A DNA stretch of 64,000 bases. It comes from Bacteroidales bacterium. GTDB taxonomy: Bacteria; Bacteroidota; Bacteroidia; Bacteroidales; UBA7960. Shown here in pieces: positions 18,975-29,028 of the stretch; within the stretch, counting starts at the first letter, position 1, and every line of letters starts with the position of its first letter. Position numbers and translations under genes: made by a program. The notes below the pieces were generated by a model that saw nothing but the letters and a program-made list of their open reading frames with translations, ran no database searches and had not been told where the DNA came from. Location of the stretch: assembly GCA_007125585.1 (NCBI GenBank), contig SLCY01000067.1, positions 8,638 through 72,637 on the forward strand, given 5' to 3'.

Positions 18975-19048
18975 CGGGGTGTGGCGCAGTTGGCTAGCGC
19001 ACTTGCATGGGGTGCAAGGGGTCGGAAGTTCGAGTCTTCTCACCCCGA
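18975..19048 (+). tRNA. tRNA-Pro (anticodon GGG), no genomically encoded CCA
   Basis: I folded the cloverleaf by hand. The acceptor stem is CGGGGTG/CACCCCG and the D stem is GCGC/GCGC. The anticodon stem is CTTGC/GCAAG with loop ATGGGGT. The T stem is GGAAG/CTTCT with loop TTCGAGT. The discriminator is A, followed by CA rather than CCA. Confidence 0.9.
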
Positions 19049-19058
19049 CACAAAAAAG

Positions 19059-19087
19059 AAGCCCGGCACGACAGTGCAGGGCTTTTT
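19059..19087 (+). terminator. Intrinsic terminator after tRNA-Pro
   Basis: AAGCCC-G-GCAC GACA GTGC-A-GGGCTT is followed by a T-run to 19087. Confidence 0.6.
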
Positions 19088-19310
19088 GTGTTTAGGGGTT
19101 TTGAAAGTCTGCTTTCAAAAGATCCTAATGGTATAATTTTTGTTCCGTCTTTGAGTTTATAATGTATATGCATCCGCTGCTCACAATTAAAAAATGTTTC
19201 ATAAAAAGCCTCTGTGACAACTACCCTGGTGCACAAAAGAATAATTATCTGACAGAGGTCCCATCTGACTAAAAAAACCCCATTTAAACACATCAAAAAA
19301 ATACGTCGCT

Positions 19311-20084
19311 ATGCACAGGTTATATGCCCCAATGGTCTTTCTTGCTCTGTTGTTGATTGTCACGGCCTGCAGTAAAGATGAGAATGATATCACCCATTAT
19401 GAACATGATTACGGTACGCTGGTCGATATTGACGGGAATGAATACAAGACAATAACCATCGGCAACCAGAAATGGATGGCGCAGAACCTGCGCACCACCC
19501 GTTATGCCAATGGCGACGAGATCGTTACCGGATTGGAAGGTGAAGATTGGTGGGTGGCAACCCAGGGTCTCTACACTGTGTATCCGCATGACTTCTTATC
19601 CGGTGTTGACTATGACCAGGACGTCATTGACGCTTATGGACTGCTTTACAACTTTCGCGCAGCGGTTGATGGCCGGGGACTGTGTCCTGAAGGCTGGCGT
19701 GTTCCTTCACTGGACGATGTCAACGAACTGATCACTTTTGCCTATTTGTTTGATGGTGATGAACCGGCGGCCCTTCTGAAGTCCTGCCTGCAGGTAAATT
19801 CAAAGATCGGTGGCAAATGCGACACCGGTGAGCATCCGCGGTGGAACGAAGACCCCAACGGCAATTTAGGCACGAATCAACTTGGTTTTAGTGCGCTTCC
19901 CGGAGGTGTCATCTTTAGTGAAGGGAACTTTGCGGGGATTGGCTCTTTCGGCAGATGGTGGACGTCGTCAACTGCCGAAGTGAACGATTCCCACTCATTC
20001 ACTCTGTATCACAACAACCCGCTGATAGGCACCATAGGGTCATCACGGCCGGATGGCCATTCGATACGGTGCATAAAAAATTAG
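19311..20084 (+). CDS. FISUMP (Fibrobacter succinogenes major paralogous) domain lipoprotein
   Basis: It has a lipobox (LLLIVTACS). It then reads DIDGNEYKTITIGNQKWMAQNLR, LYNF, CPEGWRVPS, FSALPGG, WWTSS and GHSIRC, the characteristic order of motifs in this domain. Confidence 0.75.
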   Translation: MHRLYAPMVFLALLLIVTACSKDENDITHYEHDYGTLVDIDGNEYKTITIGNQKWMAQNLRTTRYANGDEIVTGLEGEDWWVATQGLYTVYPHDFLSGVDYDQDVIDAYGLLYNFRAAVDGRGLCPEGWRVPSLDDVNELITFAYLFDGDEPAALLKSCLQVNSKIGGKCDTGEHPRWNEDPNGNLGTNQLGFSALPGGVIFSEGNFAGIGSFGRWWTSSTAEVNDSHSFTLYHNNPLIGTIGSSRPDGHSIRCIKN

Positions 20085-20122
20085 TTCTTTTCTGATGATC
20101 GTGGCACAATCCCTGCCCGCAA

Positions 20123-21673
20123 TCACTCCTGCCCGGCCTCTACGGGGTGTTTGGTAAACACATCCCTGGGCTCTTTCACCAGCGACCATCCCAGGGCCGA
20201 GATCCCGACACTTACGGCGCACACAATGAATACGATGCCTTTGTCATCGGCCTTTTCCACCAACTCACCCACCCCAAAGCTTGATACAAACATGGGGAGT
20301 GTCACCGACAGGTTAAACAGCCCCATGTAAAGGCCCATGCGCGACTGCGGGATTTTTTGCGACATGATAGCAAAAGGCAGGCTGATCGTGGAAGCCCAGC
20401 CGATACCTACAATGGCCATCAAAAAATAAATGATCAGGGGGGAATATCCAAGATACAGGATACTCAGGTAACCCACAGCCATAATGGCAATACTGACGGT
20501 ATGGGTTTTTACCCTGCCAAACCGGGTAGCCAGCGGTTCAAGAAGCAATACCGGAATAATGGCCGCCACCAGGTTCAGGGAAAAGAAGCTCCAGTTCACT
20601 ATGCGCCCGACGGCCGCATTAATTTGTTCCATGCCGGCAACCAGGATCTCTCCGTTTTCACCGGTCGGAATGTCAGCCAGCGCCGGCACCCTGAATTGTA
20701 CAAAGGCAAAAAGGTAAATAAACATCGACTGTACACCTATCCAGGTGAAGGAGTGTGCAGCCAGGATCTTTTTAAAACCGATAACCCCGCCCTTTTCTTT
20801 CGACAAGCCTTCTTCTTTGCGTGTAAGGGTGTAGAACATGACGGCAATGGTCAACACCCCGCAGAAGATCTCAAACAGGTAATTGGGAATTCTCGGAACA
20901 CCCGCCAGTCTGACCAGGAAACCATATACAGCATATAGCAAAAACCCCCATAGCGGCAAGATGGTTTTTATGATCTCGATCAAAGAAGCCTCGTTGGTGC
21001 CTTCTTTTTTTGCTGCCACCTCAGGCGCATCGTCGATATCCGCCTTTCCGTAACGTCCAAGTCGCCTGGGCTCCTTGATGAAGAAAGGAGGGATCACCGA
21101 GAAGAGAAAGATAAGGATCACACCAAAATAGATCAGTACGAAGTTGTCGAAAACGGCGCCGATCAGGTAGGCCAGCACACCAAAGGAGCCTGATACCGTT
21201 TGCATCCAGGTATACCCTTTTGTCCGGGGCCGGCCTTCAGGCGTCACATCCGCTATGATGGACCGGGTGGGATTAAAACTGACGTTGATGGCAAGGTCTA
21301 TGGTCAGGGAGACGACAATGGCGACCCCCAAAACACCATCCAGGCCAAGCGAAGCCTGTATGATGCCGATGTTCGGCAGGGCAAGCAAGCCAAGGGCTGC
21401 CAGCACGCCCCCTACCAAAATGAACGCACGGCGACGGCCATTCCACACCCATACTTTGTCACTGATGATCCCAATGACCACCTGGCCAATCAGTCCCCCT
21501 AAAGGACCAAATGCCCATACAAGGCCAATGTCAGAGATGTCCAGACCGTATTTTGTGCTCAACAACCAGCTCAGCACAGCTATCTGTACGGCAAGGCCAA
21601 ACCCCATAGCCGTCGCCGGCAAACTCAGCATGGCATAAAAAGAATTGGTAAGCTTTTTCTGGAACGGTAACAT
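20123..21673 (-). CDS. MFS/GPH-type sugar transporter (SLC45-like)
   Basis: It is a multi-TM protein, with the start taken at ATG 21673 (MLPFQKKLTNSFYAMLSLPATAMGFGL). It carries the DKVWVWNGRRRAFILVGG motif typical of glycoside/cation symporters. The substrate is not determinable from sequence alone. Confidence 0.6.
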   Translation of the reverse strand: MLPFQKKLTNSFYAMLSLPATAMGFGLAVQIAVLSWLLSTKYGLDISDIGLVWAFGPLGGLIGQVVIGIISDKVWVWNGRRRAFILVGGVLAALGLLALPNIGIIQASLGLDGVLGVAIVVSLTIDLAINVSFNPTRSIIADVTPEGRPRTKGYTWMQTVSGSFGVLAYLIGAVFDNFVLIYFGVILIFLFSVIPPFFIKEPRRLGRYGKADIDDAPEVAAKKEGTNEASLIEIIKTILPLWGFLLYAVYGFLVRLAGVPRIPNYLFEIFCGVLTIAVMFYTLTRKEEGLSKEKGGVIGFKKILAAHSFTWIGVQSMFIYLFAFVQFRVPALADIPTGENGEILVAGMEQINAAVGRIVNWSFFSLNLVAAIIPVLLLEPLATRFGRVKTHTVSIAIMAVGYLSILYLGYSPLIIYFLMAIVGIGWASTISLPFAIMSQKIPQSRMGLYMGLFNLSVTLPMFVSSFGVGELVEKADDKGIVFIVCAVSVGISALGWSLVKEPRDVFTKHPVEAGQE

Positions 21674-21793
21674 ACGCAGTGGCTTTTTTCGCAATAAAAG
21701 TAATAAATTATGTAAAAGCAACATCTTTTTTTTTATCGCCCCAACGCATGCGGACAAAGGGCAACATCATTGTGTTATTGTCGAAGAAAGCAT

Positions 21794-21801
21794 TATTTTT
21801 G
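21794..21801 (+). promoter_or_regulatory. Candidate -7 box for tatA
   Basis: TATTTTTG lies 20 nt upstream of ATG 21821. Confidence 0.4.
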
Positions 21802-21820
21802 TTGTTGCAATACAACCACG

Positions 21821-22195
21821 ATGACCTGGTCATTTATCCTTCTTTTTGGAATCAGCGGCGGAGAAATCCTGATACTTCTCCTGCTGGTTCTCATATTGTT
21901 CGGTCCGAAAAAGATACCGGAAATTGCCCGCATGGTAGGTAAGGGCATCGGGGAGGTGAAAAAAGTACAGCGGGAGATCAACTCGGAGATACACCGGTAC
22001 TCTTCAGAAATTGAAAAAGAGGCCAGGGCAATGGATCCTGACCGGGTTGACAGGCCTGATGTGACGAAAGGGGATGACAGAACAGTTGCCCCTGAAGGGA
22101 ATACGGAGACAAGGGGTGTTGAGGGTGAAAAAGAAGAAACGCCCGATGATGACACCATTCCCTATCCCTACCGCAGGAAAAAAGAGGATCCCTGA
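21821..22195 (+). CDS. tatA: Twin-arginine translocase TatA/TatE-family protein
   Basis: The start is taken at the internal ATG (MTWSFILLFGISGGEILILLLLVLILFGPKKIPEIARMVGKGIGEVKK). It consists of a TM segment, an amphipathic helix and an acidic tail. Confidence 0.75.
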   Translation: MTWSFILLFGISGGEILILLLLVLILFGPKKIPEIARMVGKGIGEVKKVQREINSEIHRYSSEIEKEARAMDPDRVDRPDVTKGDDRTVAPEGNTETRGVEGEKEETPDDDTIPYPYRRKKEDP

Positions 22196-22323
22196 TCATT
22201 GCCGGACAAAACCCGCAATTATTTTTTTTCTCCGGCGTTATGGATACAGCCAGTGCGACCCAACGATTTCTGTGCTGACTGTGGTTGGCTGGCCGGTTAT
22301 CGAAATTATAAATCGTTATACAC

Positions 22324-24378
22324 ATGCTCACCAGGTTGTTATTCATATTTTTTTTCATCTCTCTGGTTGTATCCCCCATGGAATTATTGGCCCAGAACAG
22401 GCGGCTGGAGAGGGCCGAGTTGGCTTTTGAGCTGCGTCAGTATGAGGAAGCCATAGACCTGTATCGCCGGGCCTATAACCGCATAAGGCGCAGTGACAGG
22501 GAAGAGGCAACACGGATCATTTTCAAGATAGCGCTTTGCCACAGGTATACCAACAATCACCGGATGGCTGAAGCCTGGTTCAACCGGGCAGTGCGTGGCA
22601 ATTATCCGGATCCGGTAGCGATTTTGTACCTTGCTGATGCCATGATGACCAATGGCAAATATGAGGAGGCGCGCGAACAGTATGAAAGGTATGCCGAAAA
22701 AGTTCCGGACGACTGGCGGGGGCCAAGGGGTATAGCCTCTGTAGAGGCTGCCATGAAGCTAAAGGAAGAGCCCGCTGATTATGAAGTGGAGGCTATCAGG
22801 CTGTTTAACTCACGGTTTGATGATTATACACCTGCTTTTGCCGATCACCGGGCAACAAGCCTTGTTTTTGCTTCATCGAGGGATGACGCCCTCGGCAGGG
22901 ACAAGGACCCATGGACAGGCAATCAGCATACTTCGTTTTTTATCACATACCAGGACAGGGCGGGAGATTGGAGCAGGCCTTCGTTGCTCGATGAAGGCCC
23001 TGTCAACACTGAATATAATGAGGGAGCCCCTTCGGTGAATGCATCGGCAACCACGATGTTTTTCACCCGTTGCGTCCGTGCGGAGGAGGTAGATATGGGA
23101 TGCAGGATATTCAAGGCAACCAGGGAGGGTGCCAACTGGACCAATCCGCAGGGAGTGCCACTGACGACTGACAGCCTCGTCACCGTCGGCCATCCGGCCA
23201 TCAGCCCGGATGAACGCGAACTGTACTTTGTTTCTGATATGCCTGGGAGCATTGGCGCAAAAGATATCTGGGTGGTGCGCCGTGACAGTCCCCAGGGGGA
23301 ATTCGGTCCACCGGAGAACCTTGGAGAACCGATCAATACGAAAGGCAGCGAAATGTTTCCCTATGTCCATGAGGATGGCAGCCTTTACTTCGCCTCCGAC
23401 GGACACCCCGGCATGGGAGGACTGGACATCTTCGTGGCAAGGTATACGCCGGATGGATGGACTGTACCGGAAAACCTCGGATCCCCCATAAACAGTCCGG
23501 CAGATGATTTCGGTATCGTGTTTAAGCCTGGATTGGAACAGGGATTCTTCTCTTCCAACAGGGGGCGTACGGGTGCCTACGATATTTTCTCTTTTTATCT
23601 TGCACCCGTTGAATTTATCATCAGTGGAAAGGTACTCGACGACAGCACCCAAACCGCTGTCCCGGGCGCTGTCGTTCAGCTGGTAGGATCGGACGGCTCC
23701 CTCAATCAGCAGGAAACAGACAGGGATGGCCGGTATTCGTTCGACGAGACCATCGTAAGGGAAAATACGGTGTATGAGATCCTGGTCAACAAATCAGGTT
23801 ATTTTTCCGGCAGGGCCCAGGAGTCAACCGTTGGCCTGGAACGAAGCCGGCAATTTGAGGTAGACATCTCCATAGCACCCATTCCCGTCACGGCCATTGA
23901 ACTGCCGGAAATTCTCTATGAGTTTGACAGTTGGGAACTGCAGACCCAGTTCAAGGACTCCCTGAACGGGTTGGTCCAAACCATGCGGAACAACCCCAAT
24001 ATCGTGATCGAGCTGGCCTCCCATACCGACAGCCGGGGCACCCATGGGTACAATGATACCTTGTCGCTGCGGCGAGCCCGGGCAGTGGTGGAATATCTTA
24101 TGGAGCAAGGGATCGAGCCGGAAAGGCTGGAAGCAGTGGGCTATGGCAAACGGAGTCCGAGACGCATTGAATCAGGTATTGAAAGAGAGGGTTTTGTGTT
24201 TGAAGAAGGTACGGAGCTGAGCGAAGATTATATTGACACCCTGCCATCAGAAGAACATCAGGATGCAGCACACCAGCTGAACCGGCGGACGGAGTTCAGG
24301 GTGATACGCGAAGATTATGAACCCCCGGAACCACCTGAGGAACCTGCCATCAGAAACGAGGAAGATCCTGAAAGATGA
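22324..24378 (+). CDS. OmpA-family protein with TPR, TolB-like beta-propeller repeats, a CarboxypepD_reg-like domain and a C-terminal OmpA domain
   Basis: It has a signal peptide, and the motif FASDGHPGMGGLDIF recurs in repeat-like form. The C-terminus reads HTDSRGTHGYNDTLSLRRARAVVEYL...NRRTEF. Confidence 0.8.
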   Translation: MLTRLLFIFFFISLVVSPMELLAQNRRLERAELAFELRQYEEAIDLYRRAYNRIRRSDREEATRIIFKIALCHRYTNNHRMAEAWFNRAVRGNYPDPVAILYLADAMMTNGKYEEAREQYERYAEKVPDDWRGPRGIASVEAAMKLKEEPADYEVEAIRLFNSRFDDYTPAFADHRATSLVFASSRDDALGRDKDPWTGNQHTSFFITYQDRAGDWSRPSLLDEGPVNTEYNEGAPSVNASATTMFFTRCVRAEEVDMGCRIFKATREGANWTNPQGVPLTTDSLVTVGHPAISPDERELYFVSDMPGSIGAKDIWVVRRDSPQGEFGPPENLGEPINTKGSEMFPYVHEDGSLYFASDGHPGMGGLDIFVARYTPDGWTVPENLGSPINSPADDFGIVFKPGLEQGFFSSNRGRTGAYDIFSFYLAPVEFIISGKVLDDSTQTAVPGAVVQLVGSDGSLNQQETDRDGRYSFDETIVRENTVYEILVNKSGYFSGRAQESTVGLERSRQFEVDISIAPIPVTAIELPEILYEFDSWELQTQFKDSLNGLVQTMRNNPNIVIELASHTDSRGTHGYNDTLSLRRARAVVEYLMEQGIEPERLEAVGYGKRSPRRIESGIEREGFVFEEGTELSEDYIDTLPSEEHQDAAHQLNRRTEFRVIREDYEPPEPPEEPAIRNEEDPER

Positions 24379-25544
24379 CGGCCAAATATATCTTACGGGG
24401 AGTCTCTTCTGACAAAGAAGACGTTGTCAGGGCCATCAAAGGGCTTGACAAGGGACTGTTCCCAAAAGCTTTCTGCAAGGTTGTACCTGATTACCTGGGC
24501 GGCGATCCGCACTACTGCAACATCATGCATGCCGATGGCGCCGGGACAAAATCCTCGCTTGCCTACATTTACTGGAAAGAAACCGGTGATCTCTCCGTTT
24601 GGGAGGGAATCGCCCAGGATGCCATGGTGATGAACCTGGACGACATGCTTTGTGTGGGTGTTACAGACAACATCCTGGTGTCTTCCACTATCGGGCGCAA
24701 CAAAAAACGGATCCCGGAAGAGGTGGTGACCGCCATCATCCATGGCACCGAGTCATTCCTTGAAAAGATGAGGGGGATGGGGATCAACATGGTGTTGACC
24801 GGCGGGGAGACTGCCGATGTGGGTGACCTGGTAAAAACGGTGGTCGTTGACTCTTCGGTGGTTGCCCGGATACCCAGAAAGGAGATCATCTGCAATCATA
24901 ACATCTCCGAGGGCAATGTGATCGTCGGACTGGCCTCTTTTGGCCAGACCATGTATGAGGATGTTTACAACAGTGGCATGGGCAGCAACGGGCTGACATC
25001 GGCACGGCATGAGGTCTTTCATAGGTCGTATGCAGAAAAATACCCCGAAAGCTACGACAACAGCCTGGAAGAGTCAGTGATATATACCGGTGGCAGCCAT
25101 CTGACAGATACACATAAGGATATGCCGCTGAACATCGGCCGGCTCGTCCTGAGCCCCACAAGGACCTATGCCCCCGTGGTCGGCAAGATCCTGGCAAAGT
25201 TCAGGCGCCATATTTGCGGCATGGTGCATTGCAGCGGGGGCGGCCAGACAAAAGTGCTCCGTTTTGTCGATCACCTGCATGTTGTAAAAGACAACCTGTT
25301 TGAGGTCCCGCCGCTTTTTTCCTTCATTCAAAGCCAGTCAGACACCCCCTGGCAGGAGATGTACAATGTTTTTAACATGGGTCATCGTTTTGAGTTGTAT
25401 GTTGATGATGCCGCAGCAGCCCGCGAAATGATCCAAATAAGTGCTGACTACAACCTTGATGCCCGAATCATCGGCAAAGTGCTGCCTTCAAAACAGAAGA
25501 GACTGACCATCACCGGTCCTTCGGGGACATTTGTCTATCCCTGA
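24375..25544 (+). CDS. purM: AIR synthase-family protein (long Bacteroidota-type phosphoribosylformylglycinamidine cyclo-ligase)
   Basis: It reads [14 protein letters not shown]...[21 protein letters not shown] and has a PurM-like C-terminal domain. Its ATG overlaps the upstream stop in an ATGA arrangement. Confidence 0.6.
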   Translation: MTAKYILRGVSSDKEDVVRAIKGLDKGLFPKAFCKVVPDYLGGDPHYCNIMHADGAGTKSSLAYIYWKETGDLSVWEGIAQDAMVMNLDDMLCVGVTDNILVSSTIGRNKKRIPEEVVTAIIHGTESFLEKMRGMGINMVLTGGETADVGDLVKTVVVDSSVVARIPRKEIICNHNISEGNVIVGLASFGQTMYEDVYNSGMGSNGLTSARHEVFHRSYAEKYPESYDNSLEESVIYTGGSHLTDTHKDMPLNIGRLVLSPTRTYAPVVGKILAKFRRHICGMVHCSGGGQTKVLRFVDHLHVVKDNLFEVPPLFSFIQSQSDTPWQEMYNVFNMGHRFELYVDDAAAAREMIQISADYNLDARIIGKVLPSKQKRLTITGPSGTFVYP

Positions 25545-25566
25545 CCCGCTTTCGCTTTGTTTTTTG

Positions 25567-25574
25567 TAACTTTG
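25567..25574 (+). promoter_or_regulatory. Candidate -7 box for prfA-pyrF
   Basis: TAACTTTG lies 21 nt upstream of ATG 25595. Confidence 0.45.
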
Positions 25575-25594
25575 CATGTTTAAAACCATTCGCC

Positions 25595-26671
25595 ATGTTA
25601 TTGGAGAAACTACAGTCTATCATGGGTCGACATGAAGTGGTTGCGAAAATGATCGCCGACCCGGAGGTTATTGCCGACATGAAACGCTATGTCAGCTTGA
25701 GCAAGGAATACAAGGACCTGGAGCCCATCATCGATGCATACAAGGAATACAAGAATATCCTTGACAATATTGAATCTACCCGCGAAATCCTCAATAAGGA
25801 GAAAGATCCCGAATTCAGGGAGATGGCAAAAACAGAACTGGATGCTTTGGTGGAACGACAGAAGAATTTGGAGGAAAAGATCCGTTTGTTGCTTATTCCC
25901 TCGGATCCGCAGGATGATAAGAATGCCATTGTTGAGATACGCGGGGGTACCGGGGGTGATGAGGCCGCCATTTTTGCCGGAGACCTTTACAGGATGTATG
26001 TTAAGTTCTGTGAGTCGCGCCGCTGGAAGGTCGAGCTGGTGGATATGAATGAAGGCACCTCCGGAGGCTTTAAAGAGGTCATATTTAACGTTTCCGGCGA
26101 TGGGGTATACGGTGTGCTCAAGTACGAATCGGGCGTACACCGCGTGCAGAGGGTGCCGCAAACGGAAACGCAGGGCAGGGTGCATACTTCCGCTGCCACC
26201 GTTGCGGTATTGCCGGAAGCCGATGAGTTTGACGTGGAGCTCAAACCAGGGGATATCAAAAAAGAGACCTTTTGCTCTTCCGGGCCCGGCGGCCAGTCTG
26301 TGAATACCACTTACTCCGCCGTGCGTCTTACACACATCCCCTCAGGGATCGTCGTTTCATGCCAGGACCAGAAGTCGCAGATAAAGAACCTGGACAAGGC
26401 CATGAAAGTGCTTCGCACCAGGCTTTTTGACATGGAGTATAAAAATTATCTGGATGATATCGCTTCCAAAAGAAAGACCATGGTATCTACCGGCGACCGC
26501 TCTGCCAAGATCCGTACCTACAACTTTCCGCAGGGCCGGGTTACCGACCATCGCATCAACCTGACGTTGTATAACCTGTCTGCCGTGATGGACGGCGACA
26601 TCACGGAGATCATTGACTCGCTTCAGGTGGCCGAAAATGCTGAGAAGCTAAAAGAAGGTGTTGCATCATAA
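25595..26671 (+). CDS. prfA: Peptide chain release factor 1
   Basis: It has the GGQ motif ([12 protein letters not shown]) and a PxT-type codon-recognition tripeptide ([14 protein letters not shown]). The product is 358 aa. Confidence 0.9.
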   Translation: MLLEKLQSIMGRHEVVAKMIADPEVIADMKRYVSLSKEYKDLEPIIDAYKEYKNILDNIESTREILNKEKDPEFREMAKTELDALVERQKNLEEKIRLLLIPSDPQDDKNAIVEIRGGTGGDEAAIFAGDLYRMYVKFCESRRWKVELVDMNEGTSGGFKEVIFNVSGDGVYGVLKYESGVHRVQRVPQTETQGRVHTSAATVAVLPEADEFDVELKPGDIKKETFCSSGPGGQSVNTTYSAVRLTHIPSGIVVSCQDQKSQIKNLDKAMKVLRTRLFDMEYKNYLDDIASKRKTMVSTGDRSAKIRTYNFPQGRVTDHRINLTLYNLSAVMDGDITEIIDSLQVAENAEKLKEGVAS

Positions 26672-26683
26672 TCCTTTCAAGCC

Positions 26684-27550
26684 ATGAACAGGCAGGAGCT
26701 TACCGGTTTAATCCGCAAAAAAAGATCCTTTCTGTGTGTTGGACTCGACACGGATGCAGAACGGATCCCCGAAGTTTTGAAGAACACCCCGGGCGACCCG
26801 GTGTTTGAGTTTAACCGTCGCATCATTGATGCAACCATTGATTTGGCTGTGGCGTACAAGCCCAACATCGCTTTTTATGAATGTCGCGGAAGCCAAGGGT
26901 GGGAGAGTCTCGAAAAGACGATGCACTACCTGGCAGGGCATCCCAAAGGGCCTGTCTTTTTAATTGCCGATGGTAAACGGGCCGACATTGGGAACACCTC
27001 CGGCTATTATGCCAGAACGTTTTTTGAAAACATGCCCTTTGATGCACTGACCGTGAATCCTTACATGGGTAGCGATTCTGTAAAGCCTTTTCTCTCCTGG
27101 CCGGGAAAATGGGCCATCATCCTTGCCCTGACCTCCAACCCCGGGGCCCTGGATTTCCAGGTGCTTCAACCGCAACTGCCCATATTGCTGGAAAAGTTTG
27201 GCATCAAAACCTGTTACCGAAAAAAGTTATATGAGCTGGTGATGGAAGAAAGCCTGCAGTGGGGGAGCCCTGACAACATGATGTTTGTGGTGGGGGCAAC
27301 ACAGGCGGATGTGCTGTCATCGGTTCGTGAGCTCGTGCCCGACCATTTCTTCCTTGTCCCGGGTGTAGGCGCCCAGGGCGGAAAACTCGAAGAAGTGGCC
27401 CGCCTCACCATGAACAAGGACGTTGGCATCCTGGTAAACAGCTCGCGGAACATCATCTACGCATCGCGGGAGAAGGATTTTGACAGAAAAGCCAGGTTCG
27501 CCGCACAGGCCCTTCAACAGCAAATGGAGGCCATTCTTAAAAATGTTTAG
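26684..27550 (+). CDS. pyrF: Orotidine 5'-phosphate decarboxylase (long, type 2)
   Basis: It reads LCVGLDTD, then IADGKRADIGNT, then a C-terminal VPGVGAQGG. Confidence 0.8.
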   Translation: MNRQELTGLIRKKRSFLCVGLDTDAERIPEVLKNTPGDPVFEFNRRIIDATIDLAVAYKPNIAFYECRGSQGWESLEKTMHYLAGHPKGPVFLIADGKRADIGNTSGYYARTFFENMPFDALTVNPYMGSDSVKPFLSWPGKWAIILALTSNPGALDFQVLQPQLPILLEKFGIKTCYRKKLYELVMEESLQWGSPDNMMFVVGATQADVLSSVRELVPDHFFLVPGVGAQGGKLEEVARLTMNKDVGILVNSSRNIIYASREKDFDRKARFAAQALQQQMEAILKNV

Positions 27551-27718
27551 AGAACAGGATTCAACATTGCATTCAGACAGGGCAATGCATTGTTTTGAAC
27601 TTATCCTCCTCTCATGCCGGGATCCCTTTTTCCTTCAAATGACAACGATCCGCTGCACATTAAGCTTATTGACCCGTAGGGGGGCGCCACGTCAAGGCTG
27701 CTTGATCAAACAATTATT

Positions 27719-27726
27719 TATCTTTG
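27719..27726 (+). promoter_or_regulatory. Candidate -7 box for the DEAD-box helicase gene
   Basis: TATCTTTG lies 41 nt upstream of the TTG start at 27767. Confidence 0.45.
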
Positions 27727-27766
27727 CACAAGGTCAAAGACCCATCTTAACAAAACAGATCATATT

Positions 27767-29002
27767 TTGAAATTCTCTTTCTTCCGATTCGAACCACGAG
27801 TGACAGAAGGCATTGAGGCAATGCAGTTTAAGGAGGCGACGCCTGTTCAGCAGCAAGTGATACCGGAAATCCTGAAGGGACGTGACGTTATAGCCTGTGC
27901 CCAGACAGGAACGGGTAAGACAGCGGCTTTTCTGCTCCCCATCATACACCGTATCATCACTTCCCCGCGAAAGGAAAAGATCAGCGCACTGGTGATTGTC
28001 CCCACAAGGGAGCTGGCCATACAGATAGCCCAGCAGATGGAAGGTTTCGGCTATTTCGCCCCGGTGAGTTCACTGGCCATCTACGGGGGTGGTACAGGAG
28101 AGGTGTTTTCTAACGAGAAGCGAGCCCTTACAAGCGGTGCCGACATGGTAGTATGCACCCCGGGCCGGATGATCAGCCACCTGAACCTGGGCTATGCAGA
28201 TTTCAGCGGACTGGATTTTCTTATATTGGACGAGGCAGACAGGATGCTCGACATGGGCTTTCATGACGACATCATGAAGATCATATCCTTTATCCCCAAA
28301 AAGAGGCAGAGCCTTTTATTTTCAGCCACCATGCCCCATAAGATCAGGGAGCTGAGCCATAAGATCATGCGCAGGCCCGTCGAGATAAACATCGGGTTGT
28401 CAACACCGCCGGAACAGATCCGTCAGGAAGCCTTTGTGGTGTATGAAGATCAGAAGACAGAAATGGTCAACTGGCTTGTCCGGGATGAGGTGATGCAAAG
28501 CATATTGATCTTCGGCGACACCAAATACGGCGTAAAGCAGTTGTGCAGGGCCCTTAAAAAACAAGGGCTGTCGGTAGAGGAGATCCACTCCGACCTTGCC
28601 CAGGCAGAAAGGGAAGCAGTGATGAACCGCTTCAAAAGCAGGAAAGTACGTATTCTCGTGGCCACAGATATCATTTCACGAGGCATCGATGTAGAGGATA
28701 TTGATATGATCATAAACCACGATGTGCCGCATGATGCCGAAGATTATGTGCACCGCATTGGCCGCACTGCCAGGGCTGGCGCCCATGGGAAGGCATGTAC
28801 GCTGATAGGCCCCGACGAACAGCGGCAGTTCGCCTCTATCGAACAATTGCTGGGGAGGTCTGTTGAAAAACCACCATTGCCCCGAAATATGGGCAATGCA
28901 CCGGAATATAAACCGGAAAAGAAACGGGAGGGCAGAGACAGGCGAAAACATTTTGGAGGGAGGAAAAAACGAAAGTACCCGGCAAAAGACAAAAAACGCT
29001 GA
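27767..29002 (+). CDS. DEAD-box ATP-dependent RNA helicase (RhlE-like) with a basic C-terminal tail
   Basis: The Q motif region reads FKEATPVQ, followed by AQTGTGKT, DEAD, SAT and HRIGRTARAG. A TTG start is required to keep the conserved region upstream of the Q motif. Confidence 0.9.
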   Translation: MKFSFFRFEPRVTEGIEAMQFKEATPVQQQVIPEILKGRDVIACAQTGTGKTAAFLLPIIHRIITSPRKEKISALVIVPTRELAIQIAQQMEGFGYFAPVSSLAIYGGGTGEVFSNEKRALTSGADMVVCTPGRMISHLNLGYADFSGLDFLILDEADRMLDMGFHDDIMKIISFIPKKRQSLLFSATMPHKIRELSHKIMRRPVEINIGLSTPPEQIRQEAFVVYEDQKTEMVNWLVRDEVMQSILIFGDTKYGVKQLCRALKKQGLSVEEIHSDLAQAEREAVMNRFKSRKVRILVATDIISRGIDVEDIDMIINHDVPHDAEDYVHRIGRTARAGAHGKACTLIGPDEQRQFASIEQLLGRSVEKPPLPRNMGNAPEYKPEKKREGRDRRKHFGGRKKRKYPAKDKKR

Positions 29003-29028
29003 CCATCAAGTCGCCGGGCTTCCGGATT

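Noticed and set aside
18333-19043. A 236-aa minus-strand ORF spanning the adenosyltransferase gene and tRNA-Pro.
   Set aside because: It overlaps a well-supported CDS and a tRNA, and it has no motif content.
19049-21800. Genomic island integrated at the 3' end of tRNA-Pro.
   Set aside because: I saw no integrase or recombinase, no repeat of the tRNA 3' end, and no mobility or defence genes. The content is a common Bacteroidota lipoprotein and a sugar transporter.
25595-26671. The unusual PQT tripeptide in RF1, as opposed to the more familiar PAT/PVT, as a hint of altered stop-codon recognition.
   Set aside because: The middle position of the PxT motif is variable in RF1 proteins. All genes in the window terminate with standard stops, and I saw no evidence of recoding.
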